Source: Glaucostegus cemiculus (Eukaryota). From it: a DNA stretch of 64,000 nt. Made by a program: the position numbers and the translations under genes. The notes under the pieces are model-generated. The model searched no databases. It saw nothing but the letters and a program-made list of their open reading frames with translations, and was not told the origin of the DNA. Within the stretch, counting starts at the first letter, position 1. Every line of letters starts with the position of its first letter. Positions 26,100 through 39,325 of the stretch are shown here, in pieces. Location: assembly GCA_976551045.1 (NCBI GenBank), contig CDPCPM010000013.1:13392001-13456000 (forward strand). The letters are read 5' to 3'.

Positions 26100-26960
26100 C
26101 ATATGTGAGGACTTTATTGGGCATTCGGCTATGGATTGATAGATATGAGCAGCTCTAACTTTTAGTTTAAATGTAGTGATGTAGATTAGTGGATGGGAAA
26201 AGTGTGGTAGCTAGAATTCAGTATCTGGAAGTGCAATGTCATCTCTTAAGATCCAGGAGAGGAGTTCAAATATTTTACAACAGGAACAATTCCATTTACT
26301 GCCACAAAACTAAGGGTTCTGGGAACCCATGAACACACAAAAAAAGGCAAAAGCAGAAAGTAATCAAAGAAAAATAATGTTGCCTTTTTCTCAAAAGGGT
26401 CTCAACTGCCAGCAAGCTCTGCTGCAGTTGGTCAGACTCCATCTGGACCATTGATGTTCAATTGGACACCACACTTTGGGAAGTTCCTTGGAGGATATGG
26501 AGAGCAATCTCCAGAATGATACTATGGCTCAGAAGGTTAAATACCAAAAACAGGTTAAAAATGTAATTTGTATTGCCTAGTGTATAGAGGATTGGACAGT
26601 GATTTGATCAAGATGTTCAATATGTTAAAGTGGATTCAGAAGTGTTGATACAAAGAGACTATTTGCTTTGGAGGAAATGTCAAGGAAGACCATATTTTAA
26701 AATTTCAGCTGAGTTGTTTGAGAAGGAAATCTGGAACTATTCATTTGTCAAAGAGTAGTAGGAATCTGAAATTCTCTCCCCACAAACGCTGGGAGATTTG
26801 AGTATTCAGAACTGAGCTTTATGGGTTTTTGTTACATAGGAATATCAAACAATATGCATACAAGACTGGTCAATTAATTTTAATCAGCTGTGAACCAATG
26901 GACCAGTGAGTCTGCACAATGGATAGAATGGGCTATTCCTGTTCCAATATTTCTAACATT
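26100..26960 (+). mobile_element. CR1 LINE 3' fragment (old)
   Basis: Decayed 'LVRLHLD..VQ' and 'DLIKMFNM' segments plus a CR1 3' UTR. Confidence 0.6.
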
Positions 26961-27589
26961 ATCTTTTAATTCAAGGGAACTGAAATTTATAAGTGCAGAA
27001 CTGATTTTGCTTCTGTCATAAGATGATAGTTTGGCTTCTTCTGAAATCAGCCATTCAATATTGGGTACAGAACCTTGAGACAGAGGGAGGGGCTGCAGCT
27101 CAGTGCTAACAGAATAGTGGTCAAGTCATAAAAGGTTCAATTATGAGATAAAGTTGCATAAACTTGGTTATGTTCCCTTGATCATAAAAGGTTATGGGGT
27201 GATCAAATTATCTTTAAAATGATTTGAATATTAAAAAGATTTAGAAAATAAGAAGAAGGACTTTTAATGGGAGGGTTTTGGGGTGCTAAGGTGGTTAAAT
27301 GTGCTTTAAGTTCCAGTGCATTGGACTCGGTGACACTCTGACATCTACATTTAACTTGGGTACATCAGACTGCATCTGGGTAACCCCCACAGGAGAAGTG
27401 GATTAACAATTAAGATCTATACACGGAAGTTTCAGGTTCTAACTCTGCATGCATGGGTTTCCCAAGCTTCCTGGAATTTGCAGCATTGAATATCAGCTGC
27501 AGCGTTGACAGGTAGGTCTGCTGATTGATGTGGCAACCCCAAAACTTTTTTGACTGGTGAAAATTTTTCTTCACAAAAGTTGTCATACA

Positions 27590-27862
27590 GTCATTGAGTC
27601 ATATGACATGGAAACAGGCTCTTCGGCCCATTGAATCCATGCTGACGATCAAGCACCGATTTACAGTACTCCCATTCTATTCTCCCCACATTCCCATCAA
27701 TTCTCCCCCAGATTCTATCGCTCACCTACACACTAGCGGCAGTTTACAGTTGCCACTTATGCTACCAACCCCATGTCTTGGAGATGTGAGAAGAAACCAG
27801 AACAGTGGTATCAGGGACAATGTTCAGGCTCCATGCAGACAGCACTGGAGGTCAGGAAGTGC
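27590..27862 (-). mobile_element. V-SINE (old)
   Basis: catggaaacaggctcttcggccca...gccacttatgctaccaacc...ctccatgcagacagcac; same family as the 14356, 50400 and 51343 copies. Confidence 0.65.
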
Positions 27863-28089
27863 CAACTTGTTGCCTGCACTTGCTCACTCTCCCCAGTCAC
27901 ATCATCATGGTTGGTGTTTATATTAAGGCCATGATGAGCAACAGCAAGGACCTCAGGACTGGCAGCAAGCTACACTTCACCTACCTACAGGTGCACAAGA
28001 GAAAAGACATCAGCAGACAGCATGCCCACAAGAGTCTGAAGAAACCTCAGTAGAGGTAGAATTTCCTGAATGTTGTGGGAGGTCAATTA

Positions 28090-28625
28090 TCCAACCCTCT
28101 GGACATTACTGCAAGAGTTCTTTGGGTACTTCATCAATGATTTAGCTTCTATCATAGGGTCAGAAGTGGAGATGTTCAATTCAAATCACAACTCAGAAAA
28201 TGAAGCAGGCAGCAAGATGTGGACAACATTCAGAATATACTAATTAAAAGAAGTATTCTATGTGCCATACAAGTGTTAGGCAATAGCCATCTCCAATTAG
28301 AATGAGTCTAACTGCCTAGTTTTGACACTCACTGTTATTGCCATCACCAAGTCCCCCATAATCAACATTCTGGGGATCACCACTGACCAGCCACATAAAT
28401 ACTTTGGCAACAAGAGTTGGTCATAGGCTGGCTACCCTGACATCTCAACCATCTACAAAGCACAAGTCAGGAGGATGATGATAGACCCTCCACAGCACTG
28501 AAATAGCTGAAACCATCCAGAACAAAACTTCTGCTTGATTGGCGTCTCATCCACCCTCCTAAATCTTCACTTTCTTCACTACCAATGCACTATGCCTGCA
28601 ATGTGAAGCATTTGCAGACTGAATA
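28090..28625 (+). mobile_element. Non-LTR LINE RT fragment (CR1/L2-group)
   Basis: cttcatcaatgattta...gggtcagaagtggagatgttc (FINDL...SEVEMF), caagatgtggacaacatt, atcaacattctggggatcaccactgac (INILGITTD). Confidence 0.65.
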
Positions 28626-30839
28626 GCCAGATCTATTAACTTTGCTTGCAGTGAGGGCAACCAGTATTAGTGGAAACTATGCTTGCATTTTTGTTTGGCG
28701 TATTTCAGATGAAGAGTGTTATATGCCATGTGTGGTGGTCTATCAAGGCATCACAAGGTCACACGGGTGTGTCATCAACCAGAAAGTCTTCCATTCCTTT
28801 GATACTTAACCACGAGAAGATAATTCTGCAGGTTTGTCCAAGATTTTTGCTAGCCTCCTTTTGCCATCCACCCTCACTTAACCTCTTCACCCATCCAAGC
28901 AAACTTACCATTAAGCATTAAAAAACTATTGGAATATGACTGTTAATATACTCGAGGAATTGAACCAATAAGATCCAAGAACAGTACAACTAAAGCCAAA
29001 TGGCAAATTGAGCAAGTCATTGTCATGCAGAGGAGGTGCTTGTGATGCCTTGATGGATTTGGAGGTGCTCTTTAATATGAACCAGCCAGAGTCTTCAGTA
29101 TAAAATGATGGATTGCTGCATTCTAAACAGCATTGCATGGCAGTTAGTATTAGAAATGCAAGCTTGAGAAGATAAAACCCTTATGGATGAAGATGAGGAA
29201 TCAAATGCAGAGAGTAGCAGAGAGCATCACATATCGATACCTGTGATGCTTTCAATTGTGCAGTGTTCACTTAGATTCCCTCAATCCACTTATCTGAGAC
29301 CTGGAGATCAAACCTCTTTTTTATTCCTACTTCCAGGAACACAAACTGGACTCGTAAACAGCCACGCATTCCTTGTCTTTTCCAGAATTTAACATCAGTC
29401 CATGTGTTACAGAAGCTAACACCCAGAAGTGTTCTTGACCAATAAGTTGTGTCAACAAATAATACTGAGTCGAAACATTTAGAACATTATCCTCAAATAG
29501 TGTGTTTTATGCAATATGCATGTTCTTGTACGCCTACAAATCTTTTCTTCTTCCTCTTCTTATAAGTTTTATCCAAAACAACCCCTATGAGGGCTAAGAT
29601 AGAGAGGGCTGCACAGCTCCATTCTCAGACAGCTCAGGTACACTTGACTGACATCCTCTGTGGCTGTTCAGCACTGTGCAGCTCCATGCTACAGCTGAGT
29701 GAGGCAATGAATGGCCCGGGGAGGATCTCGTGTTATGACGTTCATAATGTATACAGCTCAGTGAGGGTCTATATGCCTTTGTGATGTTAATAACCATTTT
29801 TTTCAACAATTTCTAGACCTTGCCAATTATCAGAGACATTTGAAATCAATGAAAAGGGCTTTGACAGCACCAGCTATAAGAAGACCATCAGGGAGATTCA
29901 TGGGCAGGGCCTCTAGATGCACTGTCTGAGGTCTACCCACCTCTGGTGGGCTGCTGTGTTTCATAGAACAGTTCGAGGTTACTAGGAGCAGTACAACCCC
30001 GGTTAATCCAGCCTCAGGCTAAGCAGCAGGAGGATGCAAGGGGGAGGGGGCAAGGTTGCAGGTGATGACAGGTTGCAGCAGAATATGGCCTAATTACTAG
30101 GCCCAGTTGCCCTGCTCATTCTTAACATGAATTTATCTTTGTTATATAGATCAAATATAGATCAAAAATTACACTCATGATCCAATTTCTTTAAATGCAG
30201 GTGATATTTTCTCTTAACATCAAACTAGAATATCTTGTCGATATGACACTTGGAAACTTGCAATTAACATGTCATAACAAGAGAATTACTTCAAAGCAAT
30301 TATTCTCTAAGAAATATTTTAATTAATTTTGTTGCAATGTTGTAGTGATGGCAAAACCATCAAGGTTGAAGAGATTAAAGAAGAGTTTAAATTAATTAAG
30401 AAAATTGTAACCAATTAATGTTGAACTGTTGTTTAAGAAGCCAGCATACTGTAGGCTACGAAGAGGCCTACCAGTGATGAGGAGTTCCACAATTTGAGCC
30501 CTTTGAAAAGTAGAAGATGATGCAATAAATTATAATTTCAACATAGCAGGGAGATTAAGAGGAAGATGAGCATGTAAGATGTTGTAAAGTAAAAAGAAAA
30601 AATACTAGAATGGAGGATGGGTAGTAGAACATAGGCAATATCTCTGATGAGGTGATACCAAATGTGTTAATGTAGCAGTTAGAAGCACATCATATTTCTT
30701 TTTGTATATGTGTGTGTTGCAAATATTAGGGCTATGGGACATGCTCAGCAGGCCACAGAGAGAAAGAGAGAGAGAGGGAGAAAATCACAGATGATTGGTT
30801 GGCAGAAATGGCCAGTTCTGATACACACTGAAAGGAGTG

Positions 30840-31500
30840 TTACAATGAGGTCCAATATAAGCTTAAGGAACAAAACTTCATCTTCCACCTGGACACTTTG
30901 CTGCCTTCCGGACTCAATTTTGAATAGTGAGTATTCAATATCGAGTCCAGAAGGTTAAAAGTGCCCAGATATCGATGAGCTTTTCTTCATTAGGCTTATA
31001 TTGGACCACATTGTAACAGTGTAAGAGGCCTCAGCCAGGTAGGTTAGAATAGGAATGGATCTGAGCATTAAGCAGGCAGGGAACTGGAATTTCAGAGTCA
31101 TGCTTGCAGACTGAACACAGATGTTCTGCAAAGTGATCAGCCAATCTGCATGTGGTTTCTCAAATATAGTGGAGGCCACATTGTGAACAGTATGCTAGAT
31201 TGGAAGAAGAAAAAGTGAATCGTTGTTTCACCTGGAAAAACTGTTTGGGTCCCTGGATGGTGGGTGGGGAGTAGGTGAAAGGACAGCTACTGTAAATCCA
31301 GCCTTAGTATGGGAAGGTGCCAAACAATGAGGCTTAGTTGGTGGAGAGGACCAGGGATTCATGGAGGGAGCAATGCCTATGAAATATTGAAAGGGGAGGG
31401 AAGGGACTTTGTGTCTAGTAGAGAAACCTTGCTGAAGCTGGTGGAAATTGCCAAGGACGACCTATTGAATGTGGAGGGTTGAATGTAAGGACCAGGAGAA
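30840..31500. mobile_element. Penelope-like ORF 3' end in both orientations
   Basis: The + strand gives NEVQYKLKEQNFIFHLDTLLPSGLN (PLE C-terminus); 30985-31015 is its reverse complement and continues into an antisense GIY-YIG remnant. Confidence 0.6.
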
Positions 31501-32169
31501 CTTGCTCTGTTCAGGAGGAGAGCGAATGAGTGCAGATTAAAATTGGCTTGGTTGGTCAGAAGAAGATGGATCAGTGCCTTAGTGCCCATTTAAGGGACAG
31601 AATTTGGCAAGTAGAGTATAAATAAGGAATTAAAGAAACTTGGCCTCAGGTTAGAAGAAGTGGAGAGGCTCATGTTGGAAAAATTGCACATTTGAAAATT
31701 GCAGGAAAAAAATAATTGCTTCTTATCACCCAGTAAAGGACTATCACTGCATAGTCCTTGATACTCAAATTGTTGTACACGTGCAACCTTTTAACATGCA
31801 GATCAGAGTCTATGATGTGCATGAAAAATATGATGCTTTAGAGTTCGCCCAGCTGGAGCATGTTCCATGTTGCTGCATTCAAATTTTCTTCTGATGGAAT
31901 AATTTATAAAATTTTCATTCTGGGGCCAGAACATGAAAACTCTTACAAATTAGCCAATAACACATTAACCTACTCTCAATCCTCACCACAATTATATCAA
32001 CACCTGACTTTGCATTTGGCTGTGCCAACATTCAGGCAATCTATTGTTGTGCCAGTAAAGCTACAGCTGGGTGCCAGTTTGGTGTTCACAATGCACTGTC
32101 AGGATGGTAATGACGGAAGGCTGCCATTACACCAAGTCTACACTGGCAAATATACTGTATATAACCAAG

Positions 32170-32950
32170 CTTTCTGACAACACCAAATTATCCGGCACAG
32201 TAAGCAGAGTGAATGAGAACAACAAGTTACATTAGTAAATTAAGCATTTGGGCAAAATTGTGGTAGATGGAATTCAGCTTAGGGAGACAAAAGATCATCC
32301 AATTTGGATCTAAGAAGTTAGAACAGACTCTAAATAGTGAGAACTTGAGAAGTGTGGTGAAGCAATGGACATATAGATGATCATTACATTTCTCATTCAA
32401 AAACAGTTATTGAGTACAAAAAAATACAAAAGCTACAGCAGAATTAAACTTTAACTGAAAAGGGTAGGAATGCAAAGAAGCATTATGGTTATACAGAACC
32501 CCATTTAGATACTACTTGGAATATAAGAAGGATGCATTGTCACTGAAGGGGATGAAATACAAATTCGCTCGAGTGAGGCTGACAAGAAGAGCATTGAATC
32601 ATGGAAATAAGTTGCATAGATCAAGCTAATACTTATTTGAATGTAAAATATTAAGTATTGCAGTAATTGTGGTGAATAAGGTGGTCAGCACATCTGATAA
32701 CACTGATTCTGGAGCTGGGTGAGTTCAGAACAAACAAGTGTAATTTTAAAATTAGGGACAGGCCATTCAGAAGTAATGTCAGGAAGCAACTCTTATTATG
32801 AAGAGTAATGCAAAGCTGGGCTGTCTCGCCCAGGGCATTGTTGAATTGAGATCAATTGAAAGTACCTAGAAATATGGATTAATTTATGACATAATTGAAT
32901 GGGAGAACAGACTCAAAGGGCTGAATAACTTATATCATTTGCTGCGTTCT
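32170..32950 (+). mobile_element. CR1 LINE fragment (old)
   Basis: tctgacaacaccaaa (ADDTK-like), tggtagatggaattc, and a CR1 3' tail gactcaaagggctgaat. Confidence 0.6.
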
Positions 32951-35423
32951 GACAATCACATTTGCACTGATAAAATTAGATTTTCCTTTCACTTGCAATG
33001 AATTCAGCCCTGAAAAATCCAACATTAAAAAAATGATTCTTGCATTTGTCATTTTTACTACATACACTTGAATTGTTCTAGATTTGATCCTGGTTTTTGC
33101 TCATGATATGGCCTCCTTTAGATTGGAAAAAAAAAATTCTGATTGGCTGCTGCAGTGACAGGCAAGCCATATTGTGTTTTAGTGTCTCAGGAGGAGGGAC
33201 AGGAGATCAACAGAGATTCCTTTTTCCAATCATGCTAATCAATTCAAGGCAGAACAATGCCAGAATGGATCTCTGCTGGGATCAGGCTTAATCTTAGCTG
33301 CACAGCCCCTGCAGAAGAATAGTCTGCCAATGTGAAATGTCTTTGTTCACTTGAAGAATGGATATTTGGCCAATGTGTCATAAGATGACAGACTCTAATG
33401 GAAAGTTCTATCAGCAAATTATCATCAACCAATGAAAAACAGGGAAGGAAAGAAGTAAGGACAGAAGTCAAAACATCTTTAGAATTCCAAAAGCTTCTTC
33501 TGATAGTAGTGACCGGCAATTTCCACAATGTGACAATTGCACTGTAAACCACATTTACTTGATTCTCCGTTTTTCCTGTTATCAGTTTGGTGGCCATCTT
33601 TGCCAGTAATAGAAATGTGTTTTTTCAGATCTTTTCACGTGCTTTCTTTCAAAGCTTTGTTACATCATACAATTGTTTACTGGTACTTTTTATATCTTTC
33701 CATCATTGTTCTGGCTACAATAAAAGCCTTTCCCAATAAGGATGGAGAAACGCAATGTTAAGGCAATTTGTATTTGTCCAACATCATGAATGTAAAAATT
33801 CTTCACCAGGTTCTTCTCCGAGTGTAATGAAATGGACACCAATGCAGTAAAGACAGATATTTTGAATCTTTTGTAGAGCTTCATCCACTAAATGCACACA
33901 CCTGGAACTTGACGATGAGGTTAACTGGGCCCTGTACAATTTTATTTTCATTGTTATTTCCAGTGACTGTGAATAGGCAAAGTTTGCTTTTATCTTTTAG
34001 CATGTCAATGATGTGAAATACTTCAGAGCTTCACTAAGCAGAACTGCGCAAAAATATTTAAAGAAATGACCATATCTTTTTCTGCACCCGGCATACTAGA
34101 GTCCTCTGTGTTCAATGGAACACCAACATTTGTGCTTCTTTCTCCAAAGTATTCTGGAGACATAAAACTACGTCAACATCCGCAGAAGTGAATCTTCAAC
34201 CAGGTCAAAGACCAGCAAGTAAGTTGTGAGCAAGTTAAAATATTAAGGTAACACAGAACATCATGTTATAGGAAAAATCAGCCAAATCAGCAAACTAGAT
34301 GAAGTGAGTGTCCACATGCTGCATTGGAAAGAAGGCATAAATGTTGGGTTTAATCTCAATTATTATCCAAGAAGGGTTCACACAATGAAGAACTGTTGGA
34401 TATCCCACCACACTTCACCATCCCATCTTGAACTGCTAAAGGTTAGCAGGAATATCCCAGCATTTTGTCTGTACTAAAGGATGAATTTAAATTCTCATCT
34501 TACATGCAGTTTGAGCTGCTTAATTTTCAGGATGCTGTCCTAATGCAAGGGCAAGAAACGAAAATGAATTAAAAGCAATTATACGGATGTGCTGCTTTGT
34601 GCTGCATACACAGCATCAAATAAAAATCTGCAGCAAGGAACAATTTGGATGTCCTTTTGTAAAATTACTTTGATCAGAGTTGCATCTCAATAATGCATTG
34701 GCATCAGTAGCAGATACACATTGGAATTAACCTAAAAACTGAATGCAAATTGATCTAGTGGGGTCCAAGCAAACTCTAACCAGACAATAGCCCTAGCCAC
34801 CGAACAGTTTAAGAACAAGGACTGGATTGTGAGAAGAATCAACAGGACCTCATTTTGGAAACTAATGTGTGTATACTCCAAACTACAGAACTATGATTCA
34901 GTCTGTTTATTATGCTTCTGGTATATGTTCATGCAGAATGCATTTCCTTTTAATTCTTCTTGATAGCTGAGGCTAGTTTGAAGATCTCATTTGTCCTCTT
35001 TGAATGTATGGTTTTGTCAAGCTTGTTTTAAGTTGGAAACTGGAGATTTTGAATGCATTGACCTCAGCAAGGAAATTTATTGATTTATCAGTGGTGACTC
35101 CGTTGATCATCACTAATTTCCAAGTCCATGCAGTGAATTTTCATCTTTGACTGAAAGCCGATAATCTGACAAAGAAAATTACACTTCAACTGCCTGATTT
35201 GTTCCCATAGGTCTACTGTACCTGATTACTGCTCATGAGGTAAAGGTGAAAATTAGTCCCATAAGTCTTGGAAAGCCAATTATTCATGAATTTAATTACA
35301 CCAATGTGTATCAAGGGCACTGCTTTGCAAAATGATTTAAAAAAATCAAAACTTATATAGGTCATAAGACCTAGGAGTGTTTTATAGTTATAATTAAAAC
35401 AATATGCTGAAATTGGGAACACA

Positions 35424-35575
35424 AGAGACTGCAGATACTGGAATCTGGAGCAACACAAAAGACGCTGGAGGAACTCAGGGGGTCAGGGAATATCTATGGA
35501 GGGAAATGGACAGTTGACATTTCAGGTTGAGACCCTTCACCTGGACCCACTGAGTTCCTCCAGCACCTTTTGTGT
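35424..35575. mobile_element. PLE-derived fold-back element with 19-bp flanking direct repeats
   Basis: Arms caacacaaaagacgctggaggaactcag / ctgagttcctccagcaccttttgtgttg. Flanks TGCTGAAATTGGGAACACA (35405) and TGCTGAAATTGAGAATACA (35576). Confidence 0.75.
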
Positions 35576-36899
35576 TGCTGAAATTGAGAATACAGTATGT
35601 CTTGTGTTTCCAGAGTTTATTTTAATAGAAGGTAGGAATTGCAACCCTAATCAAACTGTCAAGCTTATTTCAGTTCCACTACATTAAGATCTTGTTGAAA
35701 GTTAATTAACTGCTTCTCAACCATATTTTAGTTGGTTTCCTGTTGATGCAGAGCCTTATATTTCATTCATGTTTGGTTCTCTGTATACCTGTGCTCAGTG
35801 CTTCAATTACAAAGATCATTGCAACCACAGCACTACAAAGGAATATGTGTAAGTTGCTCAGAGTGCAGCAACTTCGACACTGTCAGTCTCCTTAAGAGTT
35901 CATTGTGTAAATTAAGGGTTCCTAACGAACATGCATTAGGAGTTCATCATTTTCAGGAGTCCTTGTTTTTAAAAAGTCATTACAGATGCAGTAAATCAGA
36001 TAAGACAGATGTTTCAGAATTAGCTGAATCTCATGATATATTCCTCCCTTTTACTTATCCTTACCTGGGAGTGTGACTAATTCTGATTGCCTCCTATTGG
36101 GAAATGATTCCAGTTAATTCTCTGTTATGTTTTCCTATATGTTGCCATCTCTTGGTCCTTTTCTGAGAAAGGAATGATACCTCCATCCTTAGATATTATA
36201 CTGGTGAAAGCAAGATGAATGCTGTCACGCCAGGATATCTGAAATATCAATACAATTTGTGGGGGATTAATGTCTTACAGACCTCTGTCCAGAACCCCAC
36301 TGTCCTACTCCAGCTGCTAATGTTTGAGGTACTAAGGGGAAGGGGCTGTTCTTAGCTTATTTTTGCCTTGTATGCAGTGGATTATGTTTGCTGACTCTGG
36401 AGGCATTTCTAAAGTTTGATATTCTGACCACCATCAGACAAAAGGTGTGGAATTACTGGCATCATATCACATGACATTGGATCATACTTCTGGCCAATGT
36501 CATTGGAACTACCTTAATACAGTAGTTCAGAGCTTTTATTTGCACTTTTGTGCAGCTGCCTGATTCAGTTCAAACAAAAAGGAGCCAAAAGAAAACTGTA
36601 GATAAGGGGAAACTCTCTCTGTTAAATCCTCTCCAAGCCCCATTTCTCTTCACCTAGTCCCTATTCCTCAGGCCCCTTCCACAGCACCCTGTCTCCATTC
36701 AACATATTAGCCCCAGTTTTGTCAGAATTTCAGGCTCCATAGGAATGTAATTTATCAGTGTGTTCGCATTTGGAGCCTATCTATACATTATTATGTAGGA
36801 GTGGTTTCAAATGCTATGTTTCAAAACGTACAGTACTTGACACTTGTTCATTTTTTGTGGGAGTGCCCATTTATAGACATTGAAAATATGCTGCTACCA

Positions 36900-37245
36900 G
36901 AGCACATGATGCTTTGTGTGCCGATTATATCATTCTGAATGGAAAGTTAATCCTTCAGTGCACAACAGAGATGAGCAGTGTCAAATTGTTAGAAATACCA
37001 TTCTTTGCATAAGATATTAAACCCAGAGCTTATTTGCATGTTTAATTGAATGGTAAAAGTGGTGCTGTTCAAAGAACTTAGGTTGATTCACAACATTCCT
37101 CTTACAATTAACACCACCAGAAGCAAATTGACTGCTCTTTTATCTCAATACTGTTTGTTTGATCTTTCTGTGCGCAAATCAACTGCCCATCAATGCAATT
37201 TTTGATACATGAAATATAATGAGACATGAATAAACCCTAAAGGCA
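36900..37245 (+). mobile_element. Deu-domain SINE (SacSINE1/AmnSINE-like), ancient
   Basis: taagatattaaaccc...gctgttcaaagaa...aacaccacc...tatctcaatactgtttgtttgatctttctgtgcgcaaatcaactgcc resembles the Deu domain. Confidence 0.55.
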
Positions 37246-39180
37246 CACAGTTGTTTTGTTTTACCTGGATATGCCCTCAGCACTGTAAAAAGGCAAGTGG
37301 TTAAGGTAGGAGATCCATCGAGCATTTATTTTTATATATTTAGGTGACAGGTGGCATGCTAAATGCTGTGGTATATAACTCTGGGTAAAGGCATGGTGGA
37401 AATAATTGAAGAGCAACAATAAACCATGAGACCTGTGGATCTAGTAAAGGTTGTGTCATTGTGCTGCAATGAGCCCATCTTCATTCTGTCTCCCAGTGAA
37501 TTAAATATGAATATAATCACACCAGGAATTATGAATTTTAACGCCTCACAGGCTGTAGTGACAGTGATCACAGAGGACTCTCCTACAACGTGTATTTTGC
37601 ACCTGTTAGATCTCTGAGATAGATACTGCCTGTTTTAATGAAGACACCTGTTGTGTAGTAATAATGCTCAGGATGCATCTGGTGGATTAACTCTGGGTCA
37701 AGGTCTTCATCACAGTACTGTGATCACCTTTCAGCATATGCTTAAAAAAGTCCTCTGGATAGTTCTTCTTAGTTTGAAAGCTGACTTTTAAAATCTAACT
37801 GCTGAGGCAACTAAGGTCAGTGATGGTACTAGACCTCTGCTATTGCCATTCTGCATTTTTTCTGTCCTTCAACACTGCTCTTTGCTCACCTTTTAAGTGC
37901 AATTTTGTGATTCACTTTTAAAACCAATTACGACTCTCCAAATGGCATATTTCTAATGTAAAGCTGATGGATATCAAGTGTGCTCAGATGTTGGTTTTAA
38001 CTCTGATGAAGAGCTTGGAGCCATTTGGAAGCAGTCTCTGTGTGAGAGAGAGAGAACTCAGTGCAAGTGACTTTTCCCTTTTCATCGTTCACATATTTTG
38101 AAAGAAAATATGGTTAGGTTGATTTTCTTGCCATCTGGTTAAAAATGCTGAATTCTGCAAATTACCAAGTCATTTTGTGCCCAAATAATTGCAAACCCTA
38201 TTGTGATTAAGATACCAATTTAATATAAAGATACAACCTGGTATCTCTATGACATCTGCAGTTTCATGTTGCCCCATACCTCATGCTGTATACCTATTCT
38301 AAAGTCAATTTGCTGTTCATTTAGATTTACAGCCCCTCATATTAGTAAGGATTGTCTACTCAGAGTTATCACTTTGTCTCATTTCTAATTATTATCTGCC
38401 ACTTTCTTCCACAATTTCAACCAAAATATTGATTAATCAACAACATTAGTGTGTTTTACACTGTTTCTGACATCCTGCATGGATCTATATTATTTCCACA
38501 AGTATTCCATCTCAGCACCATTTCAATGCCAATCCAGTTCTCTCCGGGTCTTGCAGCACCAGACTGTTCATTAATTAATTAGCATATAATTATTAGTTTT
38601 GTCAAAATTGTGAAAGAAAGTGGCATTTAATAATTGGAAATGAAGAATATTGGTAAACTGAGTACACAATCTTTACTAAAATGAGGAAATTTCCATAAGT
38701 CATAGCCTTTCTGCATCTGAACTATTCAAAATCAATTGCAAAAGGAGAAGAAACAATACATCTTTCTGCTTCCAAACGTTTAGGTGGAAAAAGGGGTAAA
38801 GTTCGCCAATTTGTAATGATGACCACTAACCATGCTATTTTAGACAAGTTTAAATAATCATTGTTGGATGACTCTGGTGAGAATAAGATGGAATTTGGCT
38901 GAAAATTATCTCATAATGGAATATCAAAAAGCCACAATTCAGTCTTCAGGTCAATGGGACCTTTGTTAAGATAAATTAAGTTACTCTAAATTGCAGGTGA
39001 GTAAGCTATCAGTTTTAACAAATTACACTCAGAGAAGTGGTAAAGTGTGATGATTTATTGACTTTTAAAGCGAATAAATGTTTTATTAAACTCTAGATAC
39101 TGCATACACAATGGTACATTCCTGCCAATAGTGTTAGCAACAAAGAAATTTCTTTGTAACATTGACTTATGTATTTACAG

Positions 39181-39325
39181 GATTTCGGAATTTGCACATA
39201 GATGATCAAATGACCCTTATTCAGTACTCGTGGATGGGCTTGATGGTATTCGCAATGGGATGGCGATCATATAAACACGTCAAAGGAAAAATGCTGTACT
39301 TTGCTCCAGATCTGATTTTTAACGA
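39181..39325 (+). CDS. PGR: Progesterone receptor LBD exon (exon 5 equivalent)
   Basis: Acceptor gtatttacag|GA, donor AACGA|gtgagt, 145 bp (the conserved NR3C exon size). Translates (G)[47 protein letters not shown](E), in phase with the previous exon. Absent from the ORF track. Confidence 0.95.
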
